Position numbers and translations under genes: made by a program
In this document: piece after piece, positions 18,358 to 28,670 of the stretch
Layout: each line of letters begins with the position of its first letter
Position numbering within the stretch: position 1 is the first letter of the stretch
Notes under the pieces: model-generated
Database searches by the model: none
Told to the model about the DNA's origin: nothing
Seen by the model: only the letters and a program-made list of their open reading frames with translations
Virus record (IMG/VR): IMGVR_UViG_3300009639_000001
Span: 1 to 61,813 of that record
Source of the DNA: a virus
Direction: 5' to 3' (one strand)
DNA length: 61,813 nucleotides

Positions 18358-18942
18358 TCAAATAATTGGAGTCGATGGAATTATCGAAATTATAGGAGTA
18401 CTGGCGAATACTGCAATAGGAACTTCTGCAACAGCGGGAATGGTAATATTCCGGCTTATTAACTCATTAAATTTGACATGTAGGTCTACACGTTCCCACC
18501 AACGAGTTGAATAAAGTTCAGGTGCTCTTACAGGTTCTTCAATTTCAGTAATCATATATAAATTATTCGCAGCCAGTGCATCATGAATTGGATCATAAAA
18601 AAGCTGATCGCGAATAAATTGGGAAACATCTTCAGAATTAGGACCGTAAATAGTCCAAAAAACTTCAATTACACGAGTATAAGACATATTTTGATTCATA
18701 GTCGTATCATCAATTTCGGTCCATACCATGTCACGGATTTTATTATAGTCATCGTCTGCCGGAAGAACTTTAACGAAAGTAATCGTTTCGGTAATCTCCC
18801 ATGCCGGAGCACCGTCTGTCGGCCAGGATTGTCTGATAATGGATTGTGTAGGTGTTGCAGTTGGATCAAGACCTAACATTTGAACTGTTAGATTCCAAAA
18901 TATACTGTTTAACTGGTAAATAGTCAAATAATTATCTGCCAT
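18358..18942 (-). CDS. Neck / tail-completion protein (unknown family)
   Basis: ATG at 18940-18942 just after the upstream stop; gene order. Confidence 0.4.
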   Translation of the reverse strand: MADNYLTIYQLNSIFWNLTVQMLGLDPTATPTQSIIRQSWPTDGAPAWEITETITFVKVLPADDDYNKIRDMVWTEIDDTTMNQNMSYTRVIEVFWTIYGPNSEDVSQFIRDQLFYDPIHDALAANNLYMITEIEEPVRAPELYSTRWWERVDLHVKFNELISRNITIPAVAEVPIAVFASTPIISIIPSTPII

Positions 18943-18943
18943 A

Positions 18944-19309
18944 TTAAGACCCCCGAAGTCGTGTAGCCAGACCTTTGTAGTAGCCATAATGCTCATATAA
19001 ATTTACTTGGTGTATCTTATATAATCTTCCACCCCAATATATTTCATCACTCGTACCCGGATCTTCATGAGTTGTATATAATGGGATTTCTCTTGGGGTA
19101 TAAAATACCATTACACCAAAAATTCTATCGCCTTCCGGCACTTGTATGATTTCTTTTTCGTTTGCAGCAATTACAGGAGCAAAACATTCGATATGTCGTG
19201 TATGAGGGAAAACTGTCCAAATACCTTGTATAAATTGACCTTCCTTGCGATGGATTTCAAAATATTGGTCGAAATCGCTATCATTGATAATTTCTTCCAC
19301 GCTTATCAT
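18944..19309 (-). CDS. Head-tail joining protein (unknown family)
   Basis: 121 aa in the connector block; start overlaps the upstream stop. Confidence 0.4.
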   Translation of the reverse strand: MISVEEIINDSDFDQYFEIHRKEGQFIQGIWTVFPHTRHIECFAPVIAANEKEIIQVPEGDRIFGVMVFYTPREIPLYTTHEDPGTSDEIYWGGRLYKIHQVNLYEHYGYYKGLATRLRGS

Positions 19310-19902
19310 GATTTTTTATCCCTCACTACGAAGGTAATTGCTTTCCGAAGTTGTCCAGTATCAATTAAGGGATTTGTCATTCCTTCAAGTCCAGTAATTC
19401 CTTGTAAATTTCCAGTATTTTCATAATATCGAACTGCTGCTCTTGCTATTTTTGCAGGTTCTCCACTACCTTTGGCTTGTTTATAAAGTTTTTCAACAAT
19501 CGTTGCTTCTGAATTAGGAGGCCAACCATTTCTAGGATCAGTAAACCAATCCTTAGCAGCATTTGCTCCAATTAATCCTGTTGTCTTTAATTGTGCTTTT
19601 GCTTGTGATTTATTTCCTTCTAAAGCCAATGTTGCAGCTTTAGCAAGTTCTTTTTGTATTTCATCAGAATGGGCTTTTATAGCTGGTTCAATAACTGGAC
19701 GGCGGGGAATTCCGCGAAGTTCTGAGCCATTTGTGTGAATATACATTAATGCTGCATTTGTAATTTTTGCAGTTCCTTTTCTCGACGTTTTTTCTTCTGG
19801 AATTCCTACAAGAACATCGAGCATCATTAGATCATGCATGTCTTTTTTCAGCTTATCTATTCCGGCACCGGAAGAAGATGTTGTAATGGAATTTTGAAGC
19901 AT
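19306..19902 (-). CDS. Head-tail connector / head-completion protein
   Basis: 198 aa, position in the connector block. Confidence 0.4.
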   Translation of the reverse strand: MLQNSITTSSSGAGIDKLKKDMHDLMMLDVLVGIPEEKTSRKGTAKITNAALMYIHTNGSELRGIPRRPVIEPAIKAHSDEIQKELAKAATLALEGNKSQAKAQLKTTGLIGANAAKDWFTDPRNGWPPNSEATIVEKLYKQAKGSGEPAKIARAAVRYYENTGNLQGITGLEGMTNPLIDTGQLRKAITFVVRDKKS

Positions 19903-19920
19903 GATATTAACCTCCCAATT

Positions 19921-20457
19921 TCACCACACGTACATCCCCGATTTTCCTATTATTTTAGCGATTGATGCAAGTTGAATTCCAAATGTCGTGGCTTTCCAAA
20001 ATCCCCATCCCGGCAAGTCTCCAGTAATGCTGCCGACATCATAACCCACGGATACATCACCAACGCTTTTGGATGACTTGGGGAATTGGGCACCTGCATT
20101 AGCTACTACTTGGCCTAATGTTTTATTCATTCCTGCCTGTGTTTCCAGATATAAAGTGTAAAAATGGCCAGTAAATAAAGCCATCCCATACTTCCATTTA
20201 CTCTGCCATCGGTTTTGGATAATGCAGGAATTGGCCATTTCTATGAACATGCTGATAATTTCTTGATAATTTTCATTTATTTCCGGTCCGAATTGTGGAA
20301 ATATATTCAAAAAATCCGATACTTCAAATGGCGGATTAGTCCCATAACCAACATTCCCCGCAGTTTCTCTGATTTGTGCAACCAGAGCCTGTATTGATTG
20401 CCCATATGGACCTACGCTGTCAGATAGTCCAAACGCAAAATTACCGCCATCTATCAT
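19921..20457 (-). CDS. Head-tail connector protein (DUF4054-like position)
   Basis: 178 aa, first connector gene after the head genes. Confidence 0.4.
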   Translation of the reverse strand: MIDGGNFAFGLSDSVGPYGQSIQALVAQIRETAGNVGYGTNPPFEVSDFLNIFPQFGPEINENYQEIISMFIEMANSCIIQNRWQSKWKYGMALFTGHFYTLYLETQAGMNKTLGQVVANAGAQFPKSSKSVGDVSVGYDVGSITGDLPGWGFWKATTFGIQLASIAKIIGKSGMYVW

Positions 20458-20467
20458 GATAATTCAC

Positions 20468-20848
20468 CTACTTTGGAGCTTTTTTATGATAAGCCCTTTT
20501 TACACGTTCTTGAATTTGCTGATTTTCTTCGACTTCTTTTTTGTTTTTAACTTCATCAGTAATTCCGCTTTGGCAATCACGCAATGCCTTTTCTTGTTTT
20601 AGCACTTCGACCTCATGTTTCAATGCTAAAATTTCTTCGCTGTATTTTTGGACATCCTCCGAATTACCAGCACTTACAAGATGAAGCTGTTTAAGTTTTA
20701 CAGCATCTTGGAATAGATCTGTTCTCCCTACCCAATCTGGCAATTCTCCGAATCCAGGTTTAATAGTGACGCTAAGTAAATGGCCTTGAGCATCGCGTTC
20801 GCCATCGCGGGTGAAGCGGAATGTTTTGTCTGATAATGCTTTAATCAT
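20468..20848 (-). CDS. Hypothetical coiled-coil protein
   Basis: ATG at 20846-20848 after AGGAGGAAATACC; coiled-coil C-terminus. Confidence 0.45.
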   Translation of the reverse strand: MIKALSDKTFRFTRDGERDAQGHLLSVTIKPGFGELPDWVGRTDLFQDAVKLKQLHLVSAGNSEDVQKYSEEILALKHEVEVLKQEKALRDCQSGITDEVKNKKEVEENQQIQERVKRAYHKKAPK

Positions 20849-20869
20849 GGTATTTCCTCCTAAATTTAA

Positions 20870-20903
20870 ACAATAAAAAACCACTGTAATTTACAGCGGT
20901 CTT
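20870..20903 (-). terminator. Rho-independent terminator after the HNH gene
   Basis: ccgctgtaa pairs with ttacagtgg (the G-U pair only works on the minus strand), then TTTTTTATT. Confidence 0.55.
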
Positions 20904-20929
20904 TTTGTTTTTATATAAATTTTTTTTTA

Positions 20930-21757
20930 TTATTTTGATCTGCTTAGATTAATAGTATTTGGTAATGTTGGGCTATATTGAGCAGTAGTTGTTATTGCTT
21001 TTTCAAAATCCCATCCACGCTGATAAATTCTTTGCCGCAATTGTCCATAAGACATACCTACTTTTTCTGCCCATTCTGGCAATGTATGGGTTTCACCTTC
21101 ATAAGTATAAAATTTTGAATTTCTTTTATTATTATTTTGGATTTTTTGATTAACCCAACGACAATTACCAGGTTCATAATTGCCATTGTTATCAATTCGA
21201 TCTAAGGAAATTCTTTCTGCACCTTCTGCTGGGTCCCCTAAATCAGCATAAAAATTATCAAAATCTAACCATCTTTCACATATTGTAATTCCACGACCAC
21301 CATAATAACTATAATATTTATTATTTGGATTTAAACAACGATCTTTAACATGATTCCAAGTATTATATATTTTGCTATCGTGCATACCGTGTTTAAACTG
21401 CGCTTTAGCGGCACGTTCTTTTTGAAAGCATCCACAACTTTGCGCATTGCCTTTTTTTAATGATGCAGGCAGTATCCATTTATAATTACCGCATTTACAA
21501 AGACAAAGCCATTTTGATTTTTCAGGACTATATTCTATTGCTGTTAATCTACCAAAAATTTGATTTGTTAAATCTACTACTCGTAAACAGCCACAACTTT
21601 TTGTATTTCCAGCTTTTAAATGCGCACGTTTAACTATTATAGAATTTCCACATTCGCATTTACATAACCAAAATTCTGGGCCTAAATCTGGCTCATGTTC
21701 AATCACTATTAATTTCCCAAATACTTGTCCTGTTAAATCCAATATCGGTCTTGGCAT
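20930..21757 (-). CDS. HNH-type homing endonuclease with duplicated Cys-rich modules
   Basis: Two DLTGQ.FG.L...W.C.C.CGN...SCGC modules; C-terminal SLDRIDNNGNYEPGNCRWV..Q.N (HNH-like). Free-standing between the capsid and connector genes. Confidence 0.7.
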   Translation of the reverse strand: MPRPILDLTGQVFGKLIVIEHEPDLGPEFWLCKCECGNSIIVKRAHLKAGNTKSCGCLRVVDLTNQIFGRLTAIEYSPEKSKWLCLCKCGNYKWILPASLKKGNAQSCGCFQKERAAKAQFKHGMHDSKIYNTWNHVKDRCLNPNNKYYSYYGGRGITICERWLDFDNFYADLGDPAEGAERISLDRIDNNGNYEPGNCRWVNQKIQNNNKRNSKFYTYEGETHTLPEWAEKVGMSYGQLRQRIYQRGWDFEKAITTTAQYSPTLPNTINLSRSK

Positions 21758-21775
21758 ATAGAATATTCCTCCTCT

Positions 21776-21843
21776 ATGTGTGGTACTATACTATCTACAT
21801 TCAAGTTATAAATGATAGTACTTAGATTTATAGTACCACACAT
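21776..21843. repeat. 15-bp perfect inverted repeat with a 38-nt loop
   Basis: atgtgtggtactata (21776-21790) pairs with tatagtaccacacat (21829-21843), between the capsid and HNH genes. Confidence 0.85.
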
Positions 21844-21883
21844 CAGGAGTATAGGTCAATTATATTTCAATGTTTTTAATGTT

Positions 21884-22945
21884 TTAAATACCGTCTATAT
21901 ATTGCCCGGTTTGTGTATATAATATTTTAACTTGCGAGAATTGACTAGCGAATAATGTTTCGTACGACGCACTTTGGACTACCGGTGCCGTCATCACGCG
22001 CGATAGAGGCACACATAGGTCCATGTTTAAACGATTTTCTGCTTTTACATATACAACCATACGTTGAGTTGCAGGACTCCCAAGTCCAGCACCAATGCAG
22101 AAACGATTTGGGTAGATGTTAAGTTCCCGGCCTTGGTTTACAGCAATGTTATTAGTCAATAGGTAGTTTAAAATGGACTGAGTACCAGCAACAGTCACCG
22201 GCGTATTAACAATATAAGCGTAGTTTGCAGGATCAATCAGCACATGATTTGGCATACCACTCAAATCATACTGCGCATCGGCCCATGCAAGTTCAATTGC
22301 ACCATTCACATCTGACATAATTTCTACAGGGGTTTTATTAACCCATAGTCTAGAAGTAGCCGCAGCATTATAGGCTGCATATTGTTGAGCATATAGAGGA
22401 TTATTAACTATTCCATAGGTATTCGATTTTGCAATACCTAAAAATACATTAATATCCATAATCTTGGCATTATTAAGGCGCAGTCCATCGTCGAGGATCT
22501 GCGTCAAAGAACGGCCAATCTGTTGTAGTTTTAAGGCATCGACTAGGGGAGCACGAAGGATTTCAGAGAAGGTATGAACTTTGAATACGTCTTTTGTAAT
22601 ATTGGCTTGCGATACTGGAATATTAGTAGTTTCAGATCCAATAATAGAATCTTCCACATTGCCGGTCGTCGCATAGTCAACATACACATTGGAAGTCAAA
22701 GTTACCCATCCGCCACCAGGCTTAATATCTATGTCACGAGGTGCATAAATCGCTGTCAATGGTTCGAGTAAGCGAGGATCTTGTTTTTCAAGTTCGCCCA
22801 CTAGGAATGCAAGACCAGTGCCACCACCAGCGTCCATGCCAGGACCATATGCGCCGTCAAGACCTTTTTTAAATACTTGTTTTGTGCGTCCAGCACTCAT
22901 GAGGGAATCCATAACTCCAATATATTTAGGGTTCATTGCGCTCAT
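21884..22945 (-). CDS. Major capsid protein (DUF2184-like)
   Basis: 353 aa downstream of the protease/scaffold gene; recalled family motif LLEPL...RDI..KPGGGW. Confidence 0.7.
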   Translation of the reverse strand: MSAMNPKYIGVMDSLMSAGRTKQVFKKGLDGAYGPGMDAGGGTGLAFLVGELEKQDPRLLEPLTAIYAPRDIDIKPGGGWVTLTSNVYVDYATTGNVEDSIIGSETTNIPVSQANITKDVFKVHTFSEILRAPLVDALKLQQIGRSLTQILDDGLRLNNAKIMDINVFLGIAKSNTYGIVNNPLYAQQYAAYNAAATSRLWVNKTPVEIMSDVNGAIELAWADAQYDLSGMPNHVLIDPANYAYIVNTPVTVAGTQSILNYLLTNNIAVNQGRELNIYPNRFCIGAGLGSPATQRMVVYVKAENRLNMDLCVPLSRVMTAPVVQSASYETLFASQFSQVKILYTQTGQYIDGI

Positions 22946-22965
22946 TATTATATCTACCTCCTTAA

Positions 22966-23541
22966 TTAAGGTTTATTTTGAGTTAGAATGGTTAACTCAG
23001 CGATAAAATTGGCATCGACCTTTCCAGTTGTCCACTCACAATTAGTTAATTGAACAGTCGTACTGCCATCAGAAGGAGTCGCACTTGCAGTAAAAGCACC
23101 AACAGATAAAGACGATCCAGCAACAGTAACAATGTAAACATTTCCGCCACAAGTAGGAGCATTAGCTGTCGAATCGCCAATAAATACAGTAGCTGAACCA
23201 ATTTGAAGAATATCAGCAGGAACTGCCGGCTCATATTGGCCGGAAGTACTATTTGCACCATAGGTATAAGTCATTACGTTCTTGACTTCAGCAACGGCAA
23301 TGCCCGCAAAATTAGCATAAATAGCCGAAGAGACACCAGCTCCAGAAGCACCCCATAGAGATACACTATTGTCAGTATTAAGAACTGCAGCAGCTCCAAA
23401 TGGGATTGCTGGCTGAGTTTCTACACCAGAACCATTGAGAATCGATTTTACAAAACGGGCGCCGATTTTGTTCATTGGATTGCGCGAGATTTTACCTGCG
23501 AATCCAAGATTTAAAGAAATACCAATCACTGTTCCCGGCAT
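22966..23541 (-). CDS. Head structural / decoration-like protein
   Basis: 191 aa between the scaffold/protease and major capsid genes. Confidence 0.4.
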   Translation of the reverse strand: MPGTVIGISLNLGFAGKISRNPMNKIGARFVKSILNGSGVETQPAIPFGAAAVLNTDNSVSLWGASGAGVSSAIYANFAGIAVAEVKNVMTYTYGANSTSGQYEPAVPADILQIGSATVFIGDSTANAPTCGGNVYIVTVAGSSLSVGAFTASATPSDGSTTVQLTNCEWTTGKVDANFIAELTILTQNKP

Positions 23542-25079
23542 TATTTATTCACTCCTTGTCTCATTGCTGCTCCGGCTTTATTCCAGGCAGCAACGGCTTT
23601 TTGTGCACGCTCTGACATTGTATCCTGTTGTACACTTGCATCAACTGCGCGATGGCGTTTATTGCTATTGATCTGATTTGCAATATCGCCGTATTTTGTT
23701 CTGTTGCCAACTTGACGAGCGTCTTGAACCGAAGCGACGAATTTTTTGGCAAGTTGATTCCGCAGTTTGGGATCTTCTACTGCAAGGATAGCTTTCTTCA
23801 TATCTTTGACGTGTTTTCTAAATGCAAAATCCGCTGCCTTTTTGTAAAGTTCAGCGGATTCGCCTTCATCATCATCATCGTCATCATCACGAGATTTTTT
23901 TCTACCTCTTTTATCTTTGGCTCCCTGTTCAGCATTCATATATTTTGTATTTTCTTGGCCGAAAGTATTTTCCACATCATCATCATCATCGTCATATCCT
24001 GCATGAGCTGGACCTGACATTTTGCTGCTTGGGCTTTCTTCAACATCTTCATATTTTCTTGCCTGTTGTTCAGGAATTTCTGTTTCATCATCATCCATAG
24101 GAGGACGTGATTTCATTTCATTTTCAAGACCAGCGAAATCATCTTCAGCTCCTTGGCCTTGTTGCTGTTCTTCACGGCTTTCAAGTTGTTCAATTCGTGA
24201 TAGAATTTGATTGATTTTATCGCACAAATCGCTCATTACTTCCGTACTTCCGCCAGCATCATCATCGTCATCATCATCTCTGACTCGACGATCATCTCTA
24301 ATCATGCGGTCATCATCTCGTGCCCGATAATCATCATCACTACCTGGAGTTTTAGAGAAAAGTGCTTTATTTTGTTCGTCTTCTCTCATTGCCTCCATTG
24401 CATGGGCGATTTCTTCAGGATCAGCATCTTGAGCAAAATGTTTTAAGCCCATTGCTGCTAATAGCCTTTTGGACATTTTCATCCGTTTCTTACCTCCTGT
24501 TTTCTCTTTAATCTGCATAATGGTATCTTCTGGAACATCATCGACAAATTTATCAGGTTTTTTATCCTGAATTGCTGCATGTGGACCGGCACGACCATTT
24601 TGGACAACTGCTATATGATTGCCTATAATATCCTTTTGCTCATATTTCCCGTCACCTAACGGAACCCATAAGCAATCATAACCACATGAAATCTCACGTT
24701 TCATTTTGTTTAATACTTCCTCTTTGAGCAGAAGATCCATAATATATAAATCACCCACTAAAAAATCACCGTCACGTCTGACATCTTGAATATGACCTTT
24801 TTCAGCCATAGAGACAGTATCAATCGTAAGATTTTCATGTGGATGAGTATTAGTTACAGGTTTTCCCTCAAATGAAGATACTGTTTTTTTATTAAAAACT
24901 TCTTCAGGACTACGGAAAACTTTACAAGGTCCTGATTCTTGAAATATCGCCGGAAGTTCATGGCCTTGATATTCCATCCAGCCGATTCTACCCACAGGTA
25001 CGTTTTTACAAATTATATATCCTTCGGGAGTTTCAATAATATTTTCTGATATTTTGTCGCCGTAGTAACTTCGAGCCAA
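23541..25079 (-). CDS. Prohead protease/scaffold fusion (DUF2213-like N-terminus) with extreme poly-Asp tracts
   Basis: TTG start after AGGAGGTGA; N-terminal PEGYIICKNVPVGRIGWMEY; several D6-D8 runs; helical C-terminus. Confidence 0.6.
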   Translation of the reverse strand: MARSYYGDKISENIIETPEGYIICKNVPVGRIGWMEYQGHELPAIFQESGPCKVFRSPEEVFNKKTVSSFEGKPVTNTHPHENLTIDTVSMAEKGHIQDVRRDGDFLVGDLYIMDLLLKEEVLNKMKREISCGYDCLWVPLGDGKYEQKDIIGNHIAVVQNGRAGPHAAIQDKKPDKFVDDVPEDTIMQIKEKTGGKKRMKMSKRLLAAMGLKHFAQDADPEEIAHAMEAMREDEQNKALFSKTPGSDDDYRARDDDRMIRDDRRVRDDDDDDDAGGSTEVMSDLCDKINQILSRIEQLESREEQQQGQGAEDDFAGLENEMKSRPPMDDDETEIPEQQARKYEDVEESPSSKMSGPAHAGYDDDDDDVENTFGQENTKYMNAEQGAKDKRGRKKSRDDDDDDDEGESAELYKKAADFAFRKHVKDMKKAILAVEDPKLRNQLAKKFVASVQDARQVGNRTKYGDIANQINSNKRHRAVDASVQQDTMSERAQKAVAAWNKAGAAMRQGVNK

Positions 25080-25124
25080 ATCATCACCTCCTTTCAGGCA
25101 TAAAAAATAGCGCATCTTTGCGCT

Positions 25125-25898
25125 TTAAGATGGCCAAATATATCCAGCTCTATAATTTTGTAAAATTTGTGCACTAGTAAGAGCGATATTATAAACACGA
25201 AAAGAATATACATTTGCTGCAATAGTACCATAGGAACTATCCCATGGAGATGCATTTATATAATATTGTTTATAACCACTCTGGGTTGCAGTGTAAGTAT
25301 CAGTATGATTCGCTGTAATTTGTGTGCCATTAATATAAAGATCACAAGTTGAATTATTATTAATTCGAATAATAAAATGGTTGATAGTGCTCCATGTTCC
25401 ACTAACAGTATATTCTGTGTGATATCCTACTCCAATAACAAATAATCCTACTGTAAATGAACTGGAAGTTAAAGTAAATCCAAATCCACCTTCTGTATAT
25501 TCAGATGTATTTGGTAAAAAGCCAGCAGCAGCAGAAGCATTTGAACATGAACACCAAATATCATAAGTTAATGGTGCAGTATAAGGCATAGTTCCGCCGG
25601 CTAATGTTAAATAATTAGTATTATTCGCTGCCATAGCAAGATAATAAGCAGCACCAGCAGATGCCCATCCACTTGATGTTGTATAACTAAATCCAGTAAG
25701 CGGGAAATTATTATTATTACCGCTTAAATCATACCAAGTTCCTTTATTAACTCCAATATTTGAATTTGGCGTATTTCCTGTAGCCCTTGCAGCTTCTAAA
25801 TCTAACACTAAGCCAGCTACGGAATGTTGGGAATGAGATCCTGCACCAACATAATTAAGAGTCTTCTTTTTTCTTACTCCATCAGGTAAAATCAACAT
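25125..25898 (-). CDS. LamG/concanavalin-like domain protein
   Basis: GTWYDLSGNNNNF...LYINGTQ pattern typical of Laminin_G_3-type jelly rolls. Confidence 0.45.
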   Translation of the reverse strand: MLILPDGVRKKKTLNYVGAGSHSQHSVAGLVLDLEAARATGNTPNSNIGVNKGTWYDLSGNNNNFPLTGFSYTTSSGWASAGAAYYLAMAANNTNYLTLAGGTMPYTAPLTYDIWCSCSNASAAAGFLPNTSEYTEGGFGFTLTSSSFTVGLFVIGVGYHTEYTVSGTWSTINHFIIRINNNSTCDLYINGTQITANHTDTYTATQSGYKQYYINASPWDSSYGTIAANVYSFRVYNIALTSAQILQNYRAGYIWPS

Positions 25899-25906
25899 AA
25901 TATCAC

Positions 25907-27916
25907 CTAATCCAACAAATAGCCTTTGACTATTATTTCAATAACTTCGCTAGCTATTGGCGTGTAAGCTGCTTGTACAATTATTGCAGGATATAAATCC
26001 CCACTAGCATCTAATACAGCATTTCGCACCATTTCATCTTTACGAAGCATATAAGCATTAGACGCTTGACTAACAATATTATTAATACTATCTAATGTTA
26101 CAGCGCAATTGCTTGCCAATACAGACAACGTAGGATTCCATGCTGTATAATCAGTAACGGTTTGAGATGAAGGATTATTAACATTCATCAAATGCACATT
26201 AAATCCGGGAACTGTTCCACTTCCATTGGTTGATATAAAAACAATACTATTGATTTGTACTCTACGACTGGCATATGATCCACCAAATGACAACGTAGGC
26301 AATGTAGTTGCAGCACTTGCATTTACAATCTCATTGGCAACATATGCAGGAGTACTTGCTGATCTTGTTATCGATACACTTACTTCAAATTCAGTAACAT
26401 TCATAGGAACTTGGTTCGTTGCAGTTACGGCAGCACTCGCAACATCAATATTAGCTGTAACTGTACCTGACACGGGTTGAGTTGTCGGGAAATTCAGAAC
26501 CTCTACAACCGGTGTTGCTGAAAAGTTAGTAACATAAACTGCATTTGATGTTCCTGGAGTAGATTGATCAATGTAAACCATTTGATCTAATGGAAAATTT
26601 AATACTGTTACAACTGGTGTAGATGGGAAATTGCTAACAGTAACTGTTCCACTTATCGATTGAGTCAATGGGAAATTCAAAACTTCAACAACTGGTGTCG
26701 CTGGAAAATTATTTACATATACGCCATTAGTTGTTCCCGGAGTGGATTGATCAATATCAATTACTCCAATAATTGCTGATCCAGCTGATAAATTAACAGT
26801 TCCTCCAATAGTTTGTGTTGATGGAAAATTATTTACATTTACTGAGCCTGTAATCCCAACAGATCCAGTAATACCCACGTTACCACTAATTGGTTGAGTT
26901 GTCGGAAAATTATTTACTGCCACTGTTCCAGATACATTTTGCGTAGTTGGAAAATTATCAACTGTTACTATCGGCGTTGATGGAAAATTTAATACTGTTA
27001 CAACTGGAGTTGCTGGAAAATTACTTATATCTACTGTTCCTGACACAGGTTGAGTTGCCGGGAAATTTGATACTGCTATTGTACCTGATACTGGTTGAGT
27101 AGCAGGAAAATTATTAACTGCTACTGTTCCGCTTACAGGTTGAGTATCAGGGAAATTAATAACTTCCACTACTGGAGTAGCTGAAAGATTAGTTACATAA
27201 ACAGCATTACTCGTTTGAGGCGTTGCTTGACTAATAGAAACAATACTTGGAATACCACCAGAAATAGAAACAGTTCCTGAAACCGGTTGGACTGCTGGAA
27301 AGTTTAAAACTTCAACTACCGGAGTAGCTGGAAAATTGTTCACCGATACTGTTTGAACGGAAGGGAAATTTTCGACGATTACTACAGGAGTTGCAGGAAA
27401 GTTACTAACAGCAACAGTCCCACTAACAGGTTGAGTAGTAGGGAAATTAATAACTTCAACAACAGGAGTCGCCGGGAAATTAGTCACATAAACAGCGTCC
27501 GTTGTACCTGGAGTAGCTTGACTAATGGCAACTGTACCACTAACGGCCTGCACAGTTGGGAAATTAAGCACTGTTACATTCGTACCTGCAGAAGAAGATG
27601 CAATATCTCCAGCTGGAGGAGGTGAAATATAGGTTTCCTGCGTAACATTACGCCAAGTTGTACTTAAATAAACTACTGTTGCTGTATTACTATAAACATC
27701 AATTTTTGTAATTATATCACCGGTATTATATTGTGGTTTTGTTGCTATGGCTAAATAATTTGTTGTTAATAGAGTATATGTTGTTATTATTATCGATCCA
27801 CCGGCAGTATTTGTTTCGATAGCTTCTAATACTGCAACCATATCTACAGGAGTACTGCCTGCATTTAACCATTCCCCAGTCAGTGGGGGGAAATTTTCAA
27901 TGTTATATTCGCCCAT
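25907..27916 (-). CDS. NFP-repeat protein, long form (about 30 NFP motifs)
   Basis: 11-13-aa units V.NFP(A/T/S)T(Q/P).V(SGT). N-terminus MGEYNIENFPPLTGEWLNA shared with 27930-28658. Confidence 0.6.
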   Translation of the reverse strand: MGEYNIENFPPLTGEWLNAGSTPVDMVAVLEAIETNTAGGSIIITTYTLLTTNYLAIATKPQYNTGDIITKIDVYSNTATVVYLSTTWRNVTQETYISPPPAGDIASSSAGTNVTVLNFPTVQAVSGTVAISQATPGTTDAVYVTNFPATPVVEVINFPTTQPVSGTVAVSNFPATPVVIVENFPSVQTVSVNNFPATPVVEVLNFPAVQPVSGTVSISGGIPSIVSISQATPQTSNAVYVTNLSATPVVEVINFPDTQPVSGTVAVNNFPATQPVSGTIAVSNFPATQPVSGTVDISNFPATPVVTVLNFPSTPIVTVDNFPTTQNVSGTVAVNNFPTTQPISGNVGITGSVGITGSVNVNNFPSTQTIGGTVNLSAGSAIIGVIDIDQSTPGTTNGVYVNNFPATPVVEVLNFPLTQSISGTVTVSNFPSTPVVTVLNFPLDQMVYIDQSTPGTSNAVYVTNFSATPVVEVLNFPTTQPVSGTVTANIDVASAAVTATNQVPMNVTEFEVSVSITRSASTPAYVANEIVNASAATTLPTLSFGGSYASRRVQINSIVFISTNGSGTVPGFNVHLMNVNNPSSQTVTDYTAWNPTLSVLASNCAVTLDSINNIVSQASNAYMLRKDEMVRNAVLDASGDLYPAIIVQAAYTPIASEVIEIIVKGYLLD

Positions 27917-27929
27917 TTATAACCCCCCT

Positions 27930-28658
27930 TTATTCCTCATACCATGTATAGCGAGCTGCAAAATATCCAGAAAAAACATTCGTCCCATTTACATCAGGCG
28001 TATAAAGAAATGCATAAGTAGTATTAAGTTTTAAAATCAATTCATAGGTTGGATCATAGGTAAGTCCCAAACTAGTACTTGCGCCCGAAGGGATTATAAT
28101 AGTTCCTGTAGGTTTACCGCCTATTGGGGTAGATGCAGATGGATAAAATAAATTACTTGATATATTACTGGAATTTAAATTCAAATTTACAGGATTTGCT
28201 GGACTTCCTAATGTTATAGATGCAGGCGATATCAATAATTCTGAAGTTATTGATGCAAGACTTATAAAAGTACCTGTATTAGTATATATATTGGTTTCAT
28301 TGAAATAAACTCTAGGTTTTAAATGAGTAATTTTATTACCTGTTAAAAATCCTACAACAGCAACATAGTTATAATATAAAAGATTACTAACAGTAACATT
28401 AAAAATATATTCATATACTGTTCCTTCATTAGTCTTAACAATATTCATATCTATAGTCGGTATAAATACATCAGTGCCATTGACTTTCAACAACAATTGA
28501 TTACTCTGACTATCTGTTATTGATACTGCATTGCTAATCCCTGGGGTTGATTGACTAATAACAAGATTAAACCCGGTTGTCATGTCAATCGGCGTACTTT
28601 CCGCATTTAACCATATCCCCGAAATCGGGGGGAAATTTTCAATATTGTATTCGCCCAT
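27930..28658 (-). CDS. NFP-family protein with a jelly-roll-like C-terminal domain
   Basis: Shared N-terminus MGEYNIENFPPISGIWLNA. C-terminal HLKPR.Y...IIIP.G.STS.G..Y...YEL.L..NT.Y.F.Y...W.YE shared with 28671-29654. Confidence 0.55.
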   Translation of the reverse strand: MGEYNIENFPPISGIWLNAESTPIDMTTGFNLVISQSTPGISNAVSITDSQSNQLLLKVNGTDVFIPTIDMNIVKTNEGTVYEYIFNVTVSNLLYYNYVAVVGFLTGNKITHLKPRVYFNETNIYTNTGTFISLASITSELLISPASITLGSPANPVNLNLNSSNISSNLFYPSASTPIGGKPTGTIIIPSGASTSLGLTYDPTYELILKLNTTYAFLYTPDVNGTNVFSGYFAARYTWYEE

Positions 28659-28670
28659 AAAAAAACCCCC

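Noticed and set aside
23628-24446. Cluster of plus-strand ORFs (HHHH / IIII-rich)
   Set aside because: They are antisense shadows of the poly-Asp/Glu coding tracts (GAT/GAC repeats) in the scaffold/protease gene.
25907-27916. Repeats as a diversity-generating retroelement target or template
   Set aside because: No reverse transcriptase gene exists in the genome, and no near-identical non-coding template copy was seen. The repeats are in-frame protein repeats.
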